A stretch of 59,261 bases of DNA from Oscillospiraceae bacterium. Lineage in GTDB: Bacteria > Bacillota > Clostridia > Oscillospirales > Acutalibacteraceae. A model generated the notes under the pieces. It saw only the letters and a list, made by a program, of their open reading frames with translations, did no database searches and was not told where the DNA came from. The stretch's first letter is position 1. The number at the start of each line of letters is the position of its first letter. The stretch covers positions 1 to 59,261 of the forward strand of contig CADBUL010000010.1 of assembly GCA_902797875.1 (NCBI GenBank), written 5' to 3'. Position numbers and translations under genes: made by a program. This document shows positions 10,329 through 18,791 of the stretch, piece by piece.

Positions 10329-12164
10329 TCAGCGTTTTATTCTTAAGCAACGCAGGGCATTTAAGACGGTTATTATAAGCACCCCGACATCGGCGAATAC
10401 CGCCACCCACATACCTGCAAGACCCAAAGCGCCTGATATTAAGACCGCCGCTTTGACAATCAGTATTACTATAAGATTAAAAGTGCTTATACCGACCGCC
10501 TTTTTGGAAATGCGGCGGGCGGTTACGATATCGGATATACAGTTGTTCATGGCAACCACGTCGGCGGCTTCAATGGCGGCGTCGGTCCCCTTGCCCATAG
10601 CAATGCCTACACTCGACAATTTAAGTACCGGCGCGTCGTTTACACCGTCGCCCGCGAATGCCACCGTTTTGCCGTCTTTAATTGCTTTTTCGACCGTTTC
10701 AAGCTTATCGCCCGGCATCATTCGGCTTTTATAGTTTGCAATGTTAAGCTGTTTTGCGGCGTTTTGAGCCGCTGCGTCGCTGTCGCCCGTTAGCATTATA
10801 ACCTCGATTCTGAGGCGCATAAGTTCTGCCGTTGCCGCCGCCGAGTCGGGTTTTGGAATATCGGAAAATTCTATAAAGCCCGCATACTCGCCGTTTATTG
10901 CCACAAGTACGGCGGTAGAAGATATTTCGAGTTTCGGAATACTTATTCGGTTTTTCTCTAAGAGCTCGCGACTGCCTATTAAAACGCCGTTATTCTTATA
11001 TTTTGCCGAAATGCCGTAGCCGGCCTGCTCGGTTATTTCTGCGGCGGTTTCACCTTTTGTATTATACGGTGTAAACGCCGACGCTATGGGGTGGTGTGAA
11101 CCGCTTTCACAAACGGCGCAGATTTCAAGTAATCTTTCGCGGGTTATGTTATGCGGCTCGACCTTGGTTATTTCAAACTTTCCTTGTGTTAGCGTTCCGG
11201 TTTTATCGACATACAGACTATCTACAGCCGCAAGGGTTTCAAGGTAGCTTGTGCCTTTTATTAAAACGCCCCTTTTAGATGCCGCAGCAATGGCGCATAC
11301 ATAGGCAAGCGGTACGCTTATGACCAGCGCGCAGGGACACGAAGCCACCAAAAATACCAACGCCCTTTTGAAATACTCGACAAAATTTTGCCCGAAAATC
11401 GGCGGAACCGCCGCTAAGAGCACCGCCGCCGCAACAACAACGGGGGTATATATTTTGGAAAAACGCCTGATAAACCGCTCACGCGGGGTTTTACGCTCGG
11501 CGGCAGATTGTATAAGTTTTGAGATTATGGACGCGGTTGAATTGTCGTAATCGCTTGTTACGGTGGCGACAAGCCTTGTGCCGCCGTTAATACTGCCAGA
11601 TAAAAGTTTGTCACCCGGACGCAGAGTTTTGGGCAGACTTTCGCCGGTGAGTTTTGAAAGGTCGGCTTCGCCCTCGCCGTTTGTAATAACGCAGTCGAGA
11701 GGCACCTTAACAAACGGGTCGATTATTATGGTTTCGCCCACCGCGACGGTAGAACTTTCGACCGTTTGGGCGGTATTGTTTCGCATAACCACCGCCGTAT
11801 CGGATGTCAGCGACATGAGGTTTTCGACCGAGCGCCGTGATTTGTCTTTGGCGGCGTCTTCAAGCATTTCGCCCAGCGTGTAGAAAACCAAAACGGCGAT
11901 GCTTTCGGTGTATTCGCCTATTATTACGGCGCTTATGACTGCTATGGACATCAAAAGATTTTCGCCGATAAAGTCTCCCTTTACGATCTGCTCGACGCCC
12001 TCTTTGACAATATCAAGACCAACCGAAATAAAACCCACCGCAAAAACAGGTAATACGACGAAAAGGTTAGTGATATTGAATAATTCAAATATAACTAACA
12101 CGACAAGACTTGCCGCCCCTAAAACAAGGCGTATAATACTTTGTTGTTTTTTTGAAATATGCAT
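10329..12164 (-). CDS. Heavy-metal translocating P1B-type ATPase (Cd/Zn/Co-like), no N-terminal HMA domain
   Basis: The motifs are CPC in a TM helix (VASCPCALVIS), DKTGTLT, the MLTGD hinge and GDGVNDAP. The protein begins directly with TM helices. Confidence 0.9.
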   Translation of the reverse strand: MHISKKQQSIIRLVLGAASLVVLVIFELFNITNLFVVLPVFAVGFISVGLDIVKEGVEQIVKGDFIGENLLMSIAVISAVIIGEYTESIAVLVFYTLGEMLEDAAKDKSRRSVENLMSLTSDTAVVMRNNTAQTVESSTVAVGETIIIDPFVKVPLDCVITNGEGEADLSKLTGESLPKTLRPGDKLLSGSINGGTRLVATVTSDYDNSTASIISKLIQSAAERKTPRERFIRRFSKIYTPVVVAAAVLLAAVPPIFGQNFVEYFKRALVFLVASCPCALVISVPLAYVCAIAAASKRGVLIKGTSYLETLAAVDSLYVDKTGTLTQGKFEITKVEPHNITRERLLEICAVCESGSHHPIASAFTPYNTKGETAAEITEQAGYGISAKYKNNGVLIGSRELLEKNRISIPKLEISSTAVLVAINGEYAGFIEFSDIPKPDSAAATAELMRLRIEVIMLTGDSDAAAQNAAKQLNIANYKSRMMPGDKLETVEKAIKDGKTVAFAGDGVNDAPVLKLSSVGIAMGKGTDAAIEAADVVAMNNCISDIVTARRISKKAVGISTFNLIVILIVKAAVLISGALGLAGMWVAVFADVGVLIITVLNALRCLRIKR

Positions 12165-12194
12165 AAATACCTCTTTACCTGGCGGCGAAATAAA

Positions 12195-13592
12195 TTACAT
12201 CCGCACAACCTTAATATAGTAGCAGTCGCTATCGAAAAAGAACATTTCTTTTGTAACGGTAATTTTATAACCCTGCTTTGTAATATACTTATTGATAACC
12301 GAATAATCGTCGTAGATATATGCGGCAAAATAGGTTTTGGGTGATACCGGTTTTTTGGCAAACTTGAAGGTAAGATAGTCGTCGCCCATTTTATTAAGGT
12401 TATCTATCGCCTTTTGGTAGTTTGCGGGCTCGGAATATTCATTGGCTATAAGCACGCTGAAATTGTCGTGATATGCCGCCGCCGTAGAATTGCACTCGGG
12501 TACCGCTACGGTGTTGTAATCTATTGTGTGGTCGGCGCACATCTGCGCTTTTGTAAGGTTGAAATATCCGTAATATACGCCGTTTTGAGCGTCCATATCG
12601 TCCCAGGTAACATCGGTTTGATACCAGGCGTTATTGATATTTACCGCCGACCACATATGGTCGGTTTTTTTGCCCTCGCCCATTATTTGAGTAGAGTTTA
12701 TACCGCTTTGCAGACATAAAAACTGAAACGCCTTAACATACCCTTCGCAAACCGCACTTTTTTTACACAGCGCGCCGTAGGCACTATATTCGTGGGGCAG
12801 GGCATCTCCTGTGTCGGCGGAAGAAACCGCGCTGTTATATTTTACGGTATTAACAAGATAATCGTGAAGCGTCTTTTCGGTAAGAAGGCTTTCGCCCTTA
12901 TTACACGCTTTTACCACCGACGAAACCGCACTGTTAAACCGTTTAATCTGACCGTCAATAACCGTGCGCGAGGCGGTTTTTGTAAGTTTTAGGTTGTCAT
13001 CAAGCCGGTCGGCTACGGTGCCGTCGCTGTAATACAGAATTACCGACGAAACCTTTTTGCCGTTGTTTACATAGGTGATTTTATTCTGCTTGGTAAGCCA
13101 AAAATACTGGGGATTGTCGACAATAAGTCGAATAAGCATTTGCTTAGCCTGGTCTAAGGTTAAGCCGATTTTATCGATATTTATAACGTTGTCGGCTTTT
13201 TCAATGGATTTGCATACCATATCATAGGCCTTTTTCTGCGCTGTCGAGAGGGTCCCGTACTGGTAAAAATTTTCGGTTTTTACCGCGCCGTCAAATTTGG
13301 CTATGGCTACCGAAAGCGCGGGAGAGGTCGCCTCTTTTTCGGCCTCTTGGTCGGCTTGTTGGGTTTGAACCTTAACCACCACGTCGCTTTTTACGGTATT
13401 ATGTTTTGGAGCGCTTTGCTGTGCGGCGCTTGCGGTCGTGTTTTGATCGTCCGACGATATACCGCCGTCGACAATTAAAAGATCCTCCTCTTCCAAACCG
13501 TCGTCATCTGAGACCTGACCGTTAAACAGCGTGCATGAGCATAACGATAAGGCTGTAATAAGGGCTATTATTGATGTAAAAAGCTTTTTCAT
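12195..13592 (-). CDS. Lipoprotein with C-terminal transglutaminase-like (Cys-His-Asp) domain
   Basis: The signal/lipobox is MKKLFTSIIALITALSLCSC. The core is CEGYVKAFQFLCLQSGI...TDHMWSAVNINNAWYQTDVTWDD, which resembles transglutaminase-like cysteine protease folds. Confidence 0.7.
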   Translation of the reverse strand: MKKLFTSIIALITALSLCSCTLFNGQVSDDDGLEEEDLLIVDGGISSDDQNTTASAAQQSAPKHNTVKSDVVVKVQTQQADQEAEKEATSPALSVAIAKFDGAVKTENFYQYGTLSTAQKKAYDMVCKSIEKADNVINIDKIGLTLDQAKQMLIRLIVDNPQYFWLTKQNKITYVNNGKKVSSVILYYSDGTVADRLDDNLKLTKTASRTVIDGQIKRFNSAVSSVVKACNKGESLLTEKTLHDYLVNTVKYNSAVSSADTGDALPHEYSAYGALCKKSAVCEGYVKAFQFLCLQSGINSTQIMGEGKKTDHMWSAVNINNAWYQTDVTWDDMDAQNGVYYGYFNLTKAQMCADHTIDYNTVAVPECNSTAAAYHDNFSVLIANEYSEPANYQKAIDNLNKMGDDYLTFKFAKKPVSPKTYFAAYIYDDYSVINKYITKQGYKITVTKEMFFFDSDCYYIKVVRM

Positions 13593-13815
13593 AAAATACC
13601 TCTTGAATGCACGATAAGGTGAAGCGTCCTTATATCGGCATTATTATTGTAAACCATTTTAGTATACTTTTCAAGTGTTAATTGCCGTTTTAATAAAACT
13701 TTGTTATATAAGAGTAGAAACAGCAAAATCTTTCTGTAATAATTGTATAGCCGCCGTAATTAAAAATCAACCTTTTAATAGCGAAAATGTGTGTAAATAA
13801 TTGTAAAATTTAGTG

Positions 13816-13846
13816 TTGAAATTCTGCGAAAAAGTGTTATTATAAT
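13816..13846 (+). promoter_or_regulatory. Candidate sigma-A promoter for the mgtE leader
   Basis: TTGAAA (13816-13821) - 16 nt - TATTAT (13838-13843), preceded by TGt. An alternative TATAAT lies at 13841-13846. Confidence 0.35.
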
Positions 13847-13877
13847 ATTATACAAATTATTCAGGAGGATTTCACAC

Positions 13878-13964
13878 GTGGACGATATTGACCGAAGTAC
13901 CTTTGCTTATCGCGGTGTTTTGATATTAGCTTGTATAACGCCCCGTGTGATATCCGGGGAATAG
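13878..13964 (+). CDS. Candidate 28-codon leader ORF upstream of mgtE
   Basis: AGGAGG (13864-13869) lies 8 nt before GTG 13878. My translation is (M)DDIDRSTFAYRGVLILACITPRVISGE, stopping at 13962-13964, which is 27 nt before an intrinsic terminator. Confidence 0.3.
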   Translation: MDDIDRSTFAYRGVLILACITPRVISGE

Positions 13965-13990
13965 TTTTGCCTGCTGTTATGAAAATACCG

Positions 13991-14020
13991 CCGCCGACAG
14001 TTTTCGGCGGTTTTGTTTTT
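13991..14020 (+). terminator. Intrinsic terminator inside the mgtE 5' leader (attenuator)
   Basis: The stem is ccgccga (13991-13997) paired with tcggcgg (14004-14010), with a 6-nt loop, followed by ttttgttttt. No plus-strand gene upstream needs it; the neighbouring gene is divergent. Confidence 0.6.
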
Positions 14021-14057
14021 GCAAAGGACTCCGTAATTAAATAAAGGAGGACCTGTT

Positions 14058-15434
14058 ATGAACGAAGCATTAAACCTTGAAAGATTAAAAGAGCTTGTAA
14101 CCCAAAAAAACTACCGGGCGCTTCGCGATATGCTTCTTGAAGAAAACGAGGTAGACATAGCCGAGTTTTTGGAAGAACTTGAAGAAAAGCAGCGGGCGGT
14201 AGTCTTCCGCATTTTGCCAAAAGAAATAGCCGCCGACGTTTTCTCGTTTTTAACCCCCGAAACCCAGCGGATTATTATTTCGGCTATAACCGACAAGGAG
14301 CTTTCGCTTATAGTTGAAGACCTGTTTGTCGATGACGCGGTTGATATGCTTGAAGATATGCCGGCAAACGTTGTAACCAGGGTGCTTAAAAGCGCTTCGG
14401 CCGATACAAGGCGTATTATAAACCAGTTTTTGAAATACCCGGATAACACCGCCGGCAGTATAATGACCGCCGAGTTTATTGACCTTAAAAAGGATATGAC
14501 CGTAAAAGAGGCCATAGAGCGTATTCGTAAAACCGGTGAGGACAGCGAAACCATATACACCTGTTATGTTATTGACCGCAGAAGGGTGCTTGGCGGAATA
14601 GTGACGGTTAAAGATTTACTGCTTAACCCCGACGACGCCGTTATGTCGGACATTATGGAGACCGACGTCATTTGCGCCACTACCACCGACGACCAGGAGC
14701 AGGTTGGTCAAACCATGATGAAATACGACCTTATTACCCTGCCTGTCGTTGACACCGAAAACCGTCTGGTGGGCATTGTTACGGTCGACGACGTAATGGA
14801 CGTTATGGAAGAAGAAGCAACCGAAGATATCGAAAAGATGGCTGCTATCTCTCCAAGCGACCGCCCCTATTTTCAAACCGGAGTATTCGAAACATTTCGT
14901 TCGCGTATACCTTGGCTGCTGCTGCTTATGATTTCAGCCACCTTTACGGGCGCGATAATTTCGTCGTTTGAGGCTAAACTTGCCATGTTTACCGGACTAA
15001 TCGCATTTATACCCATGCTTATGGATACCGGCGGTAATTCGGGAAGTCAGTCATCGGTTACGATTATTCGCGCAATTTCACTGGGAGATGTAGAATTCAA
15101 AGATATTTTTAAGGTTATCTGGAAAGAAATTCGCGTGGCGCTTTTATGCAGTTTAACCTTAGCGATTGTTAACGGCTTAAAGTTGTATATTGTAGATTTT
15201 CTTATGTTAAAGTCGCTGGATCTTGAAAAGGCCGTCCCCGAAATTGCGGTTGTTTGCCTTACTATTTTTTGTACCGTTGTGGTGGCAAAACTTGTTGGCT
15301 GTACCCTGCCTATCCTCGCTAAGCGAATCGGTTTTGACCCGGCGGTTATGGCGTCTCCGTTTATCACCACCATCGTCGACGCTATTTCGCTTCTTATCTA
15401 CTTTAGCATCGCCTCTATGATTATCATCGCATAG
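14058..15434 (+). CDS. mgtE: Magnesium transporter MgtE
   Basis: 458 aa. It has an N-domain, tandem CBS regions, and a C-terminal TM domain with PMLMDTGGNSGSQSS and PFITTIVDA motifs. AGGAGG precedes the ATG. Confidence 0.95.
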   Translation: MNEALNLERLKELVTQKNYRALRDMLLEENEVDIAEFLEELEEKQRAVVFRILPKEIAADVFSFLTPETQRIIISAITDKELSLIVEDLFVDDAVDMLEDMPANVVTRVLKSASADTRRIINQFLKYPDNTAGSIMTAEFIDLKKDMTVKEAIERIRKTGEDSETIYTCYVIDRRRVLGGIVTVKDLLLNPDDAVMSDIMETDVICATTTDDQEQVGQTMMKYDLITLPVVDTENRLVGIVTVDDVMDVMEEEATEDIEKMAAISPSDRPYFQTGVFETFRSRIPWLLLLMISATFTGAIISSFEAKLAMFTGLIAFIPMLMDTGGNSGSQSSVTIIRAISLGDVEFKDIFKVIWKEIRVALLCSLTLAIVNGLKLYIVDFLMLKSLDLEKAVPEIAVVCLTIFCTVVVAKLVGCTLPILAKRIGFDPAVMASPFITTIVDAISLLIYFSIASMIIIA

Positions 15435-15450
15435 TTTAATATTTCATAAC

Positions 15451-15481
15451 AAAAGTCCGGACACGGTGTGTCCGGACTTTT
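15451..15481. terminator. Bidirectional hairpin terminator between mgtE and lrp-like gene
   Basis: aaaagtccggacac / gtgtccggactttt is a perfect 14-bp stem with a 3-nt loop, and A/T tracts lie on both sides. Confidence 0.75.
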
Positions 15482-15498
15482 GTTGTATTACGGTTTAA

Positions 15499-15951
15499 TT
15501 ACTCTTTGGCAGGGTCGGTTTGAATTTCCACCGATTCGTTTTGTTTTATGCACGAGAAAACTATTTGTGTTTCGGTGTTGCCGAAGTTTTGCAGCTTGCC
15601 GATAAACCCGTCGAGTTCTTCGGTTGAGGGGAACGCCACTTTAAGCAGCATCGAATAATGACCAGTTACGCAGTTGCACTCAATAACGTTGGGACAAACC
15701 TTTACGAAGGGGTAAAACTCTTCTTTTTGGCGCGGCTGCATTTCAAGATTTATAAACGCCACCACAGGATAACCAAGTTTCTTGTGGTCGAGTTTTACGC
15801 CGTAGCCGGTAATTATTCCGTCCTTTTCTAACCGTTCAAGCCGCGCGGCGGTAGCCGGCGAAGACAAAAAGACGCTCGCCGCAAGTTCTTTAAGCGATAC
15901 GCGGGCGTTTTGATGCAGTTTAGACAGTATAAGTTTATCGGTTTTATCCAT
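15499..15951 (-). CDS. Lrp/AsnC family transcriptional regulator
   Basis: 150 aa. An N-terminal HTH (DKTDKLILSKLHQNARVSLKELAASVFLSSPATAARLERLEKDGII) is followed by an AsnC-type ligand domain. Confidence 0.9.
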   Translation of the reverse strand: MDKTDKLILSKLHQNARVSLKELAASVFLSSPATAARLERLEKDGIITGYGVKLDHKKLGYPVVAFINLEMQPRQKEEFYPFVKVCPNVIECNCVTGHYSMLLKVAFPSTEELDGFIGKLQNFGNTETQIVFSCIKQNESVEIQTDPAKE

Positions 15952-16006
15952 AATATCACCTTTAATACGGGCGACCCGATAATTCGAGTCGCCAAATTTT
16001 TCGGTG

Positions 16007-17359
16007 TTAGTTGCGTGAATTATAATACTCGTTTTGCTTTTGAATAATAAGCTCGTCGATTTGTTTTATACGGGCTTCAATCGAAGAAATCTGCGCTTCG
16101 TAAGATTGGTCTTGATTTTCATTTTGTTTGCTGTAATCCTTGACCCTGTAAATTTCTGCCGAAGCGGTTGTAACGGCAACCTCGTCGCCCTTTTTCTGCG
16201 CGTCAAAAACGGCCAGCATTCTTCCGAAGGTGACGTCGATATATACCGCGCCGGCGGTTTCGTTGCTTACAATACAGCCAAGATTTTTTCCCTCTTCATT
16301 ATAGCTTAAGAATATTGCCTTGGTTGTGCTGTCGTTGTAAGGCAGAGCGGTCACGTAAATAAGGTCGCGGTCGGGCATATCGTTATTAGGCGAGCAGAAC
16401 ACCAGCGATATCTTCTTTTCTTCGATTTTGTCGCAAAGAGTATCGGTTAAGCGGGCGTTACGCGCATAAACCGCCTTGGGTATGCCAAGCCCGACCGATA
16501 TACACTTGTTGTAAACGCTTTTGAACTCCAGCTCCGAGTCGATAACAATCGCCACGTCCCAGCCGTTCCTTTCAAGGTCGTTTATCTCGTCAATCAAAGC
16601 ATATTTGGAACTGTCGCGAAAATAAGCCGAAGAAAGCGCAATAACGCCGTCGTATTTGTATTGGTCCATTTTGGCGCTCATACTTTCAAGCAAGGAAGAG
16701 GTAGGGTCAACCGCAATTATTATTGCGCGGCCCATTGTTGTTGTATTTTCTTTATACTCTTGTTTAACCTTGGAAAGTTCGCTTTCGTATTTGACTTTTT
16801 CGGCGGTAAGCTGCTCAACCGTTTGGTCGGACTGATATTGTGAACGGTTTTGGTTGTGTTGTTCTTCTGCCTCCATATCATTAAGGGCAATAACAACAAA
16901 CGCCGCGATTATGGCAATAATTATAACTATAGATGCAATAATCGAAAATTTGCGCAGTTTTTTTTCGGTTTGTGGGCTTATGGGTTTTATTTTTTTGTTA
17001 AACAAAGACAAAAAGCGGTATTTACCCGAACGGACAAGTTTTTTAACCCTCGATTTGTTCTTATTAAAGTGTTTTTTGTGGGAACCATGCTTATGTGAGC
17101 CGCTATTGTGTGAGCCGCTATTATGTGAGCCGCTATTGTGCGAGCTGCTATTGTGGGAACCATGATTGTGCGAGCTTGAGTGATGGTGGTGGCTGCCGGA
17201 TTTATGGTGGCTGCTGCGTTTTTTGTTGCCGTCGGTCCGGGCAGTTTCGCCCGCACTTTTTTTGGGGCTGTTTTGCGCTTTTGTTACAGCATCGCCATCG
17301 GAGGCAAAAAAAGATTCCCCGTATTTTTCAATTAGTTCTTGTCTGTCCTGTGAAGGCAT
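16007..17359 (-). CDS. Single-pass membrane protein with cytoplasmic His/Ser-repeat tail, coiled coil and uncharacterised extracytoplasmic domain
   Basis: The N-terminus is HHKSGSHHHHSSSHNHGSHNSSSHNSGSHNSGSHNSGSHKHGSHKKH, followed by a TM helix (FSIIASIVIIIAIIAAFVVIAL). GAAAGG lies 8 nt upstream of the ATG. This is the last gene of the 19166-16007 operon. Confidence 0.65.
   Translation of the reverse strand: MPSQDRQELIEKYGESFFASDGDAVTKAQNSPKKSAGETARTDGNKKRSSHHKSGSHHHHSSSHNHGSHNSSSHNSGSHNSGSHNSGSHKHGSHKKHFNKNKSRVKKLVRSGKYRFLSLFNKKIKPISPQTEKKLRKFSIIASIVIIIAIIAAFVVIALNDMEAEEQHNQNRSQYQSDQTVEQLTAEKVKYESELSKVKQEYKENTTTMGRAIIIAVDPTSSLLESMSAKMDQYKYDGVIALSSAYFRDSSKYALIDEINDLERNGWDVAIVIDSELEFKSVYNKCISVGLGIPKAVYARNARLTDTLCDKIEEKKISLVFCSPNNDMPDRDLIYVTALPYNDSTTKAIFLSYNEEGKNLGCIVSNETAGAVYIDVTFGRMLAVFDAQKKGDEVAVTTASAEIYRVKDYSKQNENQDQSYEAQISSIEARIKQIDELIIQKQNEYYNSRN
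17080..17184. repeat. Tandem 15-bp repeat (about 7 units, 3 near-identical) encoding (S/G)SHN(S/G) pentapeptides
   Basis: The units gtgagccgctattgt (17095), gtgagccgctattat (17110) and gtgagccgctattgt (17125) are followed by degenerate units. Confidence 0.85.
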
Positions 17360-17373
17360 GGTTTTTACCTTTC

Positions 17374-17817
17374 TTATTTATTATTTTTGGGTTTTATAAA
17401 TCTGTTTTTTAGGGCGGCGGCATATGATAAAATTTTTCGCCGCAAATATGTGCGGTCGGCCGCTTTGGCGTATTTTTGACTGTATTCTGCGGTACACTCA
17501 ATAAATTTACCGTTTCGGTAAAAACCGCCGAGCACGCCTATTACATCGCCTGTTTTATACTGAGTTTCGACGGCGGTGCAGTTATCGCCGCGGATAACTA
17601 AATTTTCGCCGTTAATTTTAAGTATTCGGTGCAAAATATAAATATTGTCGCGCCGGTACAAAACTATGTCGCCGGGTTTTAGGGGGGCGTTGGGCTTTAC
17701 GATAAGGGCGCGGTCGGTGTCTTTGTTAAGCATGGGCATCATACTCGTCCCCGAAAAACCGGTAACACAAACGCCGACCTTATCTAACATTTGCTCGATA
17801 TTTTGCGTTTCTATCAT
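17374..17817 (-). CDS. S24/S26-family serine peptidase, SipW/Sec11-like (S26B-type motifs), without TM anchor
   Basis: The motifs are GTSMMPML (SxSMxP box), ILHRIL (HR[IV] box) and IRGDNCTAVE (GDN box). There is no N-terminal hydrophobic segment. Its ATG overlaps the upstream stop (ATGA at 17814-17817). Confidence 0.7.
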   Translation of the reverse strand: MIETQNIEQMLDKVGVCVTGFSGTSMMPMLNKDTDRALIVKPNAPLKPGDIVLYRRDNIYILHRILKINGENLVIRGDNCTAVETQYKTGDVIGVLGGFYRNGKFIECTAEYSQKYAKAADRTYLRRKILSYAAALKNRFIKPKNNK

Positions 17818-18071
17818 TTTTCGATTAGTCCGTTTTCGACTAATTTATCGTAAAACTCCTGCGTATCTTTTAAGGCTTTGTCATAAGATACGTCGTATTT
17901 ATCGCAAAGTATCCCGGCGGCTTCTTCGATGCTTTTACCGTCGGAAAAGGCCTGCCAAACGTCGGCAGAGGTGGCGCTGAGCCGTATAACGCCGTTAAAT
18001 TTACCGGTAATGTCGACCAGCACGTTTACATCGTTAAAATGGCTTAAAACGTAGTTTTTGTTGACCTTCAT
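17814..18071 (-). CDS. PqqD-family / RiPP-recognition-element-like small protein
   Basis: 85 aa. The pattern ...VLVDITGKFNGVIRLSATSADVWQAFSDGKSIEEAAGILCDKYDVSYDKALKDTQEFYDKLVENGLI matches the PqqD layout (beta strands followed by a helical bundle ending in L...GL[IL]). Confidence 0.65.
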   Translation of the reverse strand: MKVNKNYVLSHFNDVNVLVDITGKFNGVIRLSATSADVWQAFSDGKSIEEAAGILCDKYDVSYDKALKDTQEFYDKLVENGLIEK

Positions 18072-18790
18072 TTATTCTCCTCCTGTGTGGGAAATAAACC
18101 GTCGTGCGCTACCTTTACGGCGTTATCGGTGGGGGTGCACTCGAGTATGTAAAAGGGTACCGTCTTGAACATCTTGTCTGCCGCCGCCACGGTTTTGGCG
18201 AAACCGCCGCTTTGCTTTGGTTTGTATATTTGCGAAATTACCTCGCTAAGGTATTTCGAAGGCTGTTCTTTGTTTATTCTGTCGCTCTTTGCGCGGCGCA
18301 AAAGCACTACGGCGTAAAGGGGGGCGCAGACGTTTTTTTGCCAGTTTTCTTTACCGGCATAGGGCGACGACCAAATTTTGGGCGTTTGCCCCGACAGGTC
18401 GATTATGGGTTTGTCGCCGTTAATTATGTCTACCCTGCTCTTGAATACCTTTCGCCACAGTTTTATGTGGGTGCTTTTACCGGTGCCGCTGGGCGCTATA
18501 AAAACTATGCCTTTATTATCGAAGGTGACAGACGCGCCGTGGATTACAAAGCGCGAAAAATCGGGTAATTTTTCGGCTATGCTGCGGTAAAGTGAAATCG
18601 ATTCGGCATAGCCCGCGTCGGCGTTAAGTGAGGTCATATCGGCGGCTATTTGATTATCGTCAGCGGTTGCTGTAATATCGGCTGTTTGCGCAGGCACCAG
18701 GTAGTCTTTACAAAAATCTTTGGAAAACGGGTGTTTGGCGTTCATTTGAACCGTCAGCCCCGCCAAAGAAATATAAAAGCAGTTTTTCAT
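18068..18790 (-). CDS. HPr-kinase C-terminal-domain-like P-loop protein (HprK-related kinase)
   Basis: IHGASVTFDNKGIVFIAPSGTGKSTHIKLW follows the HprK/P pattern HG-x(8-10)-G-x-L-x-G-x-SG-x-GKS. Its stop overlaps the PqqD-like start (ATGA at 18068-18071). Confidence 0.6.
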   Translation of the reverse strand: MKNCFYISLAGLTVQMNAKHPFSKDFCKDYLVPAQTADITATADDNQIAADMTSLNADAGYAESISLYRSIAEKLPDFSRFVIHGASVTFDNKGIVFIAPSGTGKSTHIKLWRKVFKSRVDIINGDKPIIDLSGQTPKIWSSPYAGKENWQKNVCAPLYAVVLLRRAKSDRINKEQPSKYLSEVISQIYKPKQSGGFAKTVAAADKMFKTVPFYILECTPTDNAVKVAHDGLFPTQEENK

Positions 18791-18791
18791 A

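Noticed and set aside
13850-14057. M-box (ykoK) Mg2+ riboswitch, expected upstream of mgtE.
   Set aside because: I could not find the conserved M-box sequence blocks I remember (GGTGAGGCT, GCTGCCC, AAGACGC, CATACAGTGCTAAAGC) on either strand. The region is reported instead as an unclassified attenuator leader. A covariance-model search is still needed.
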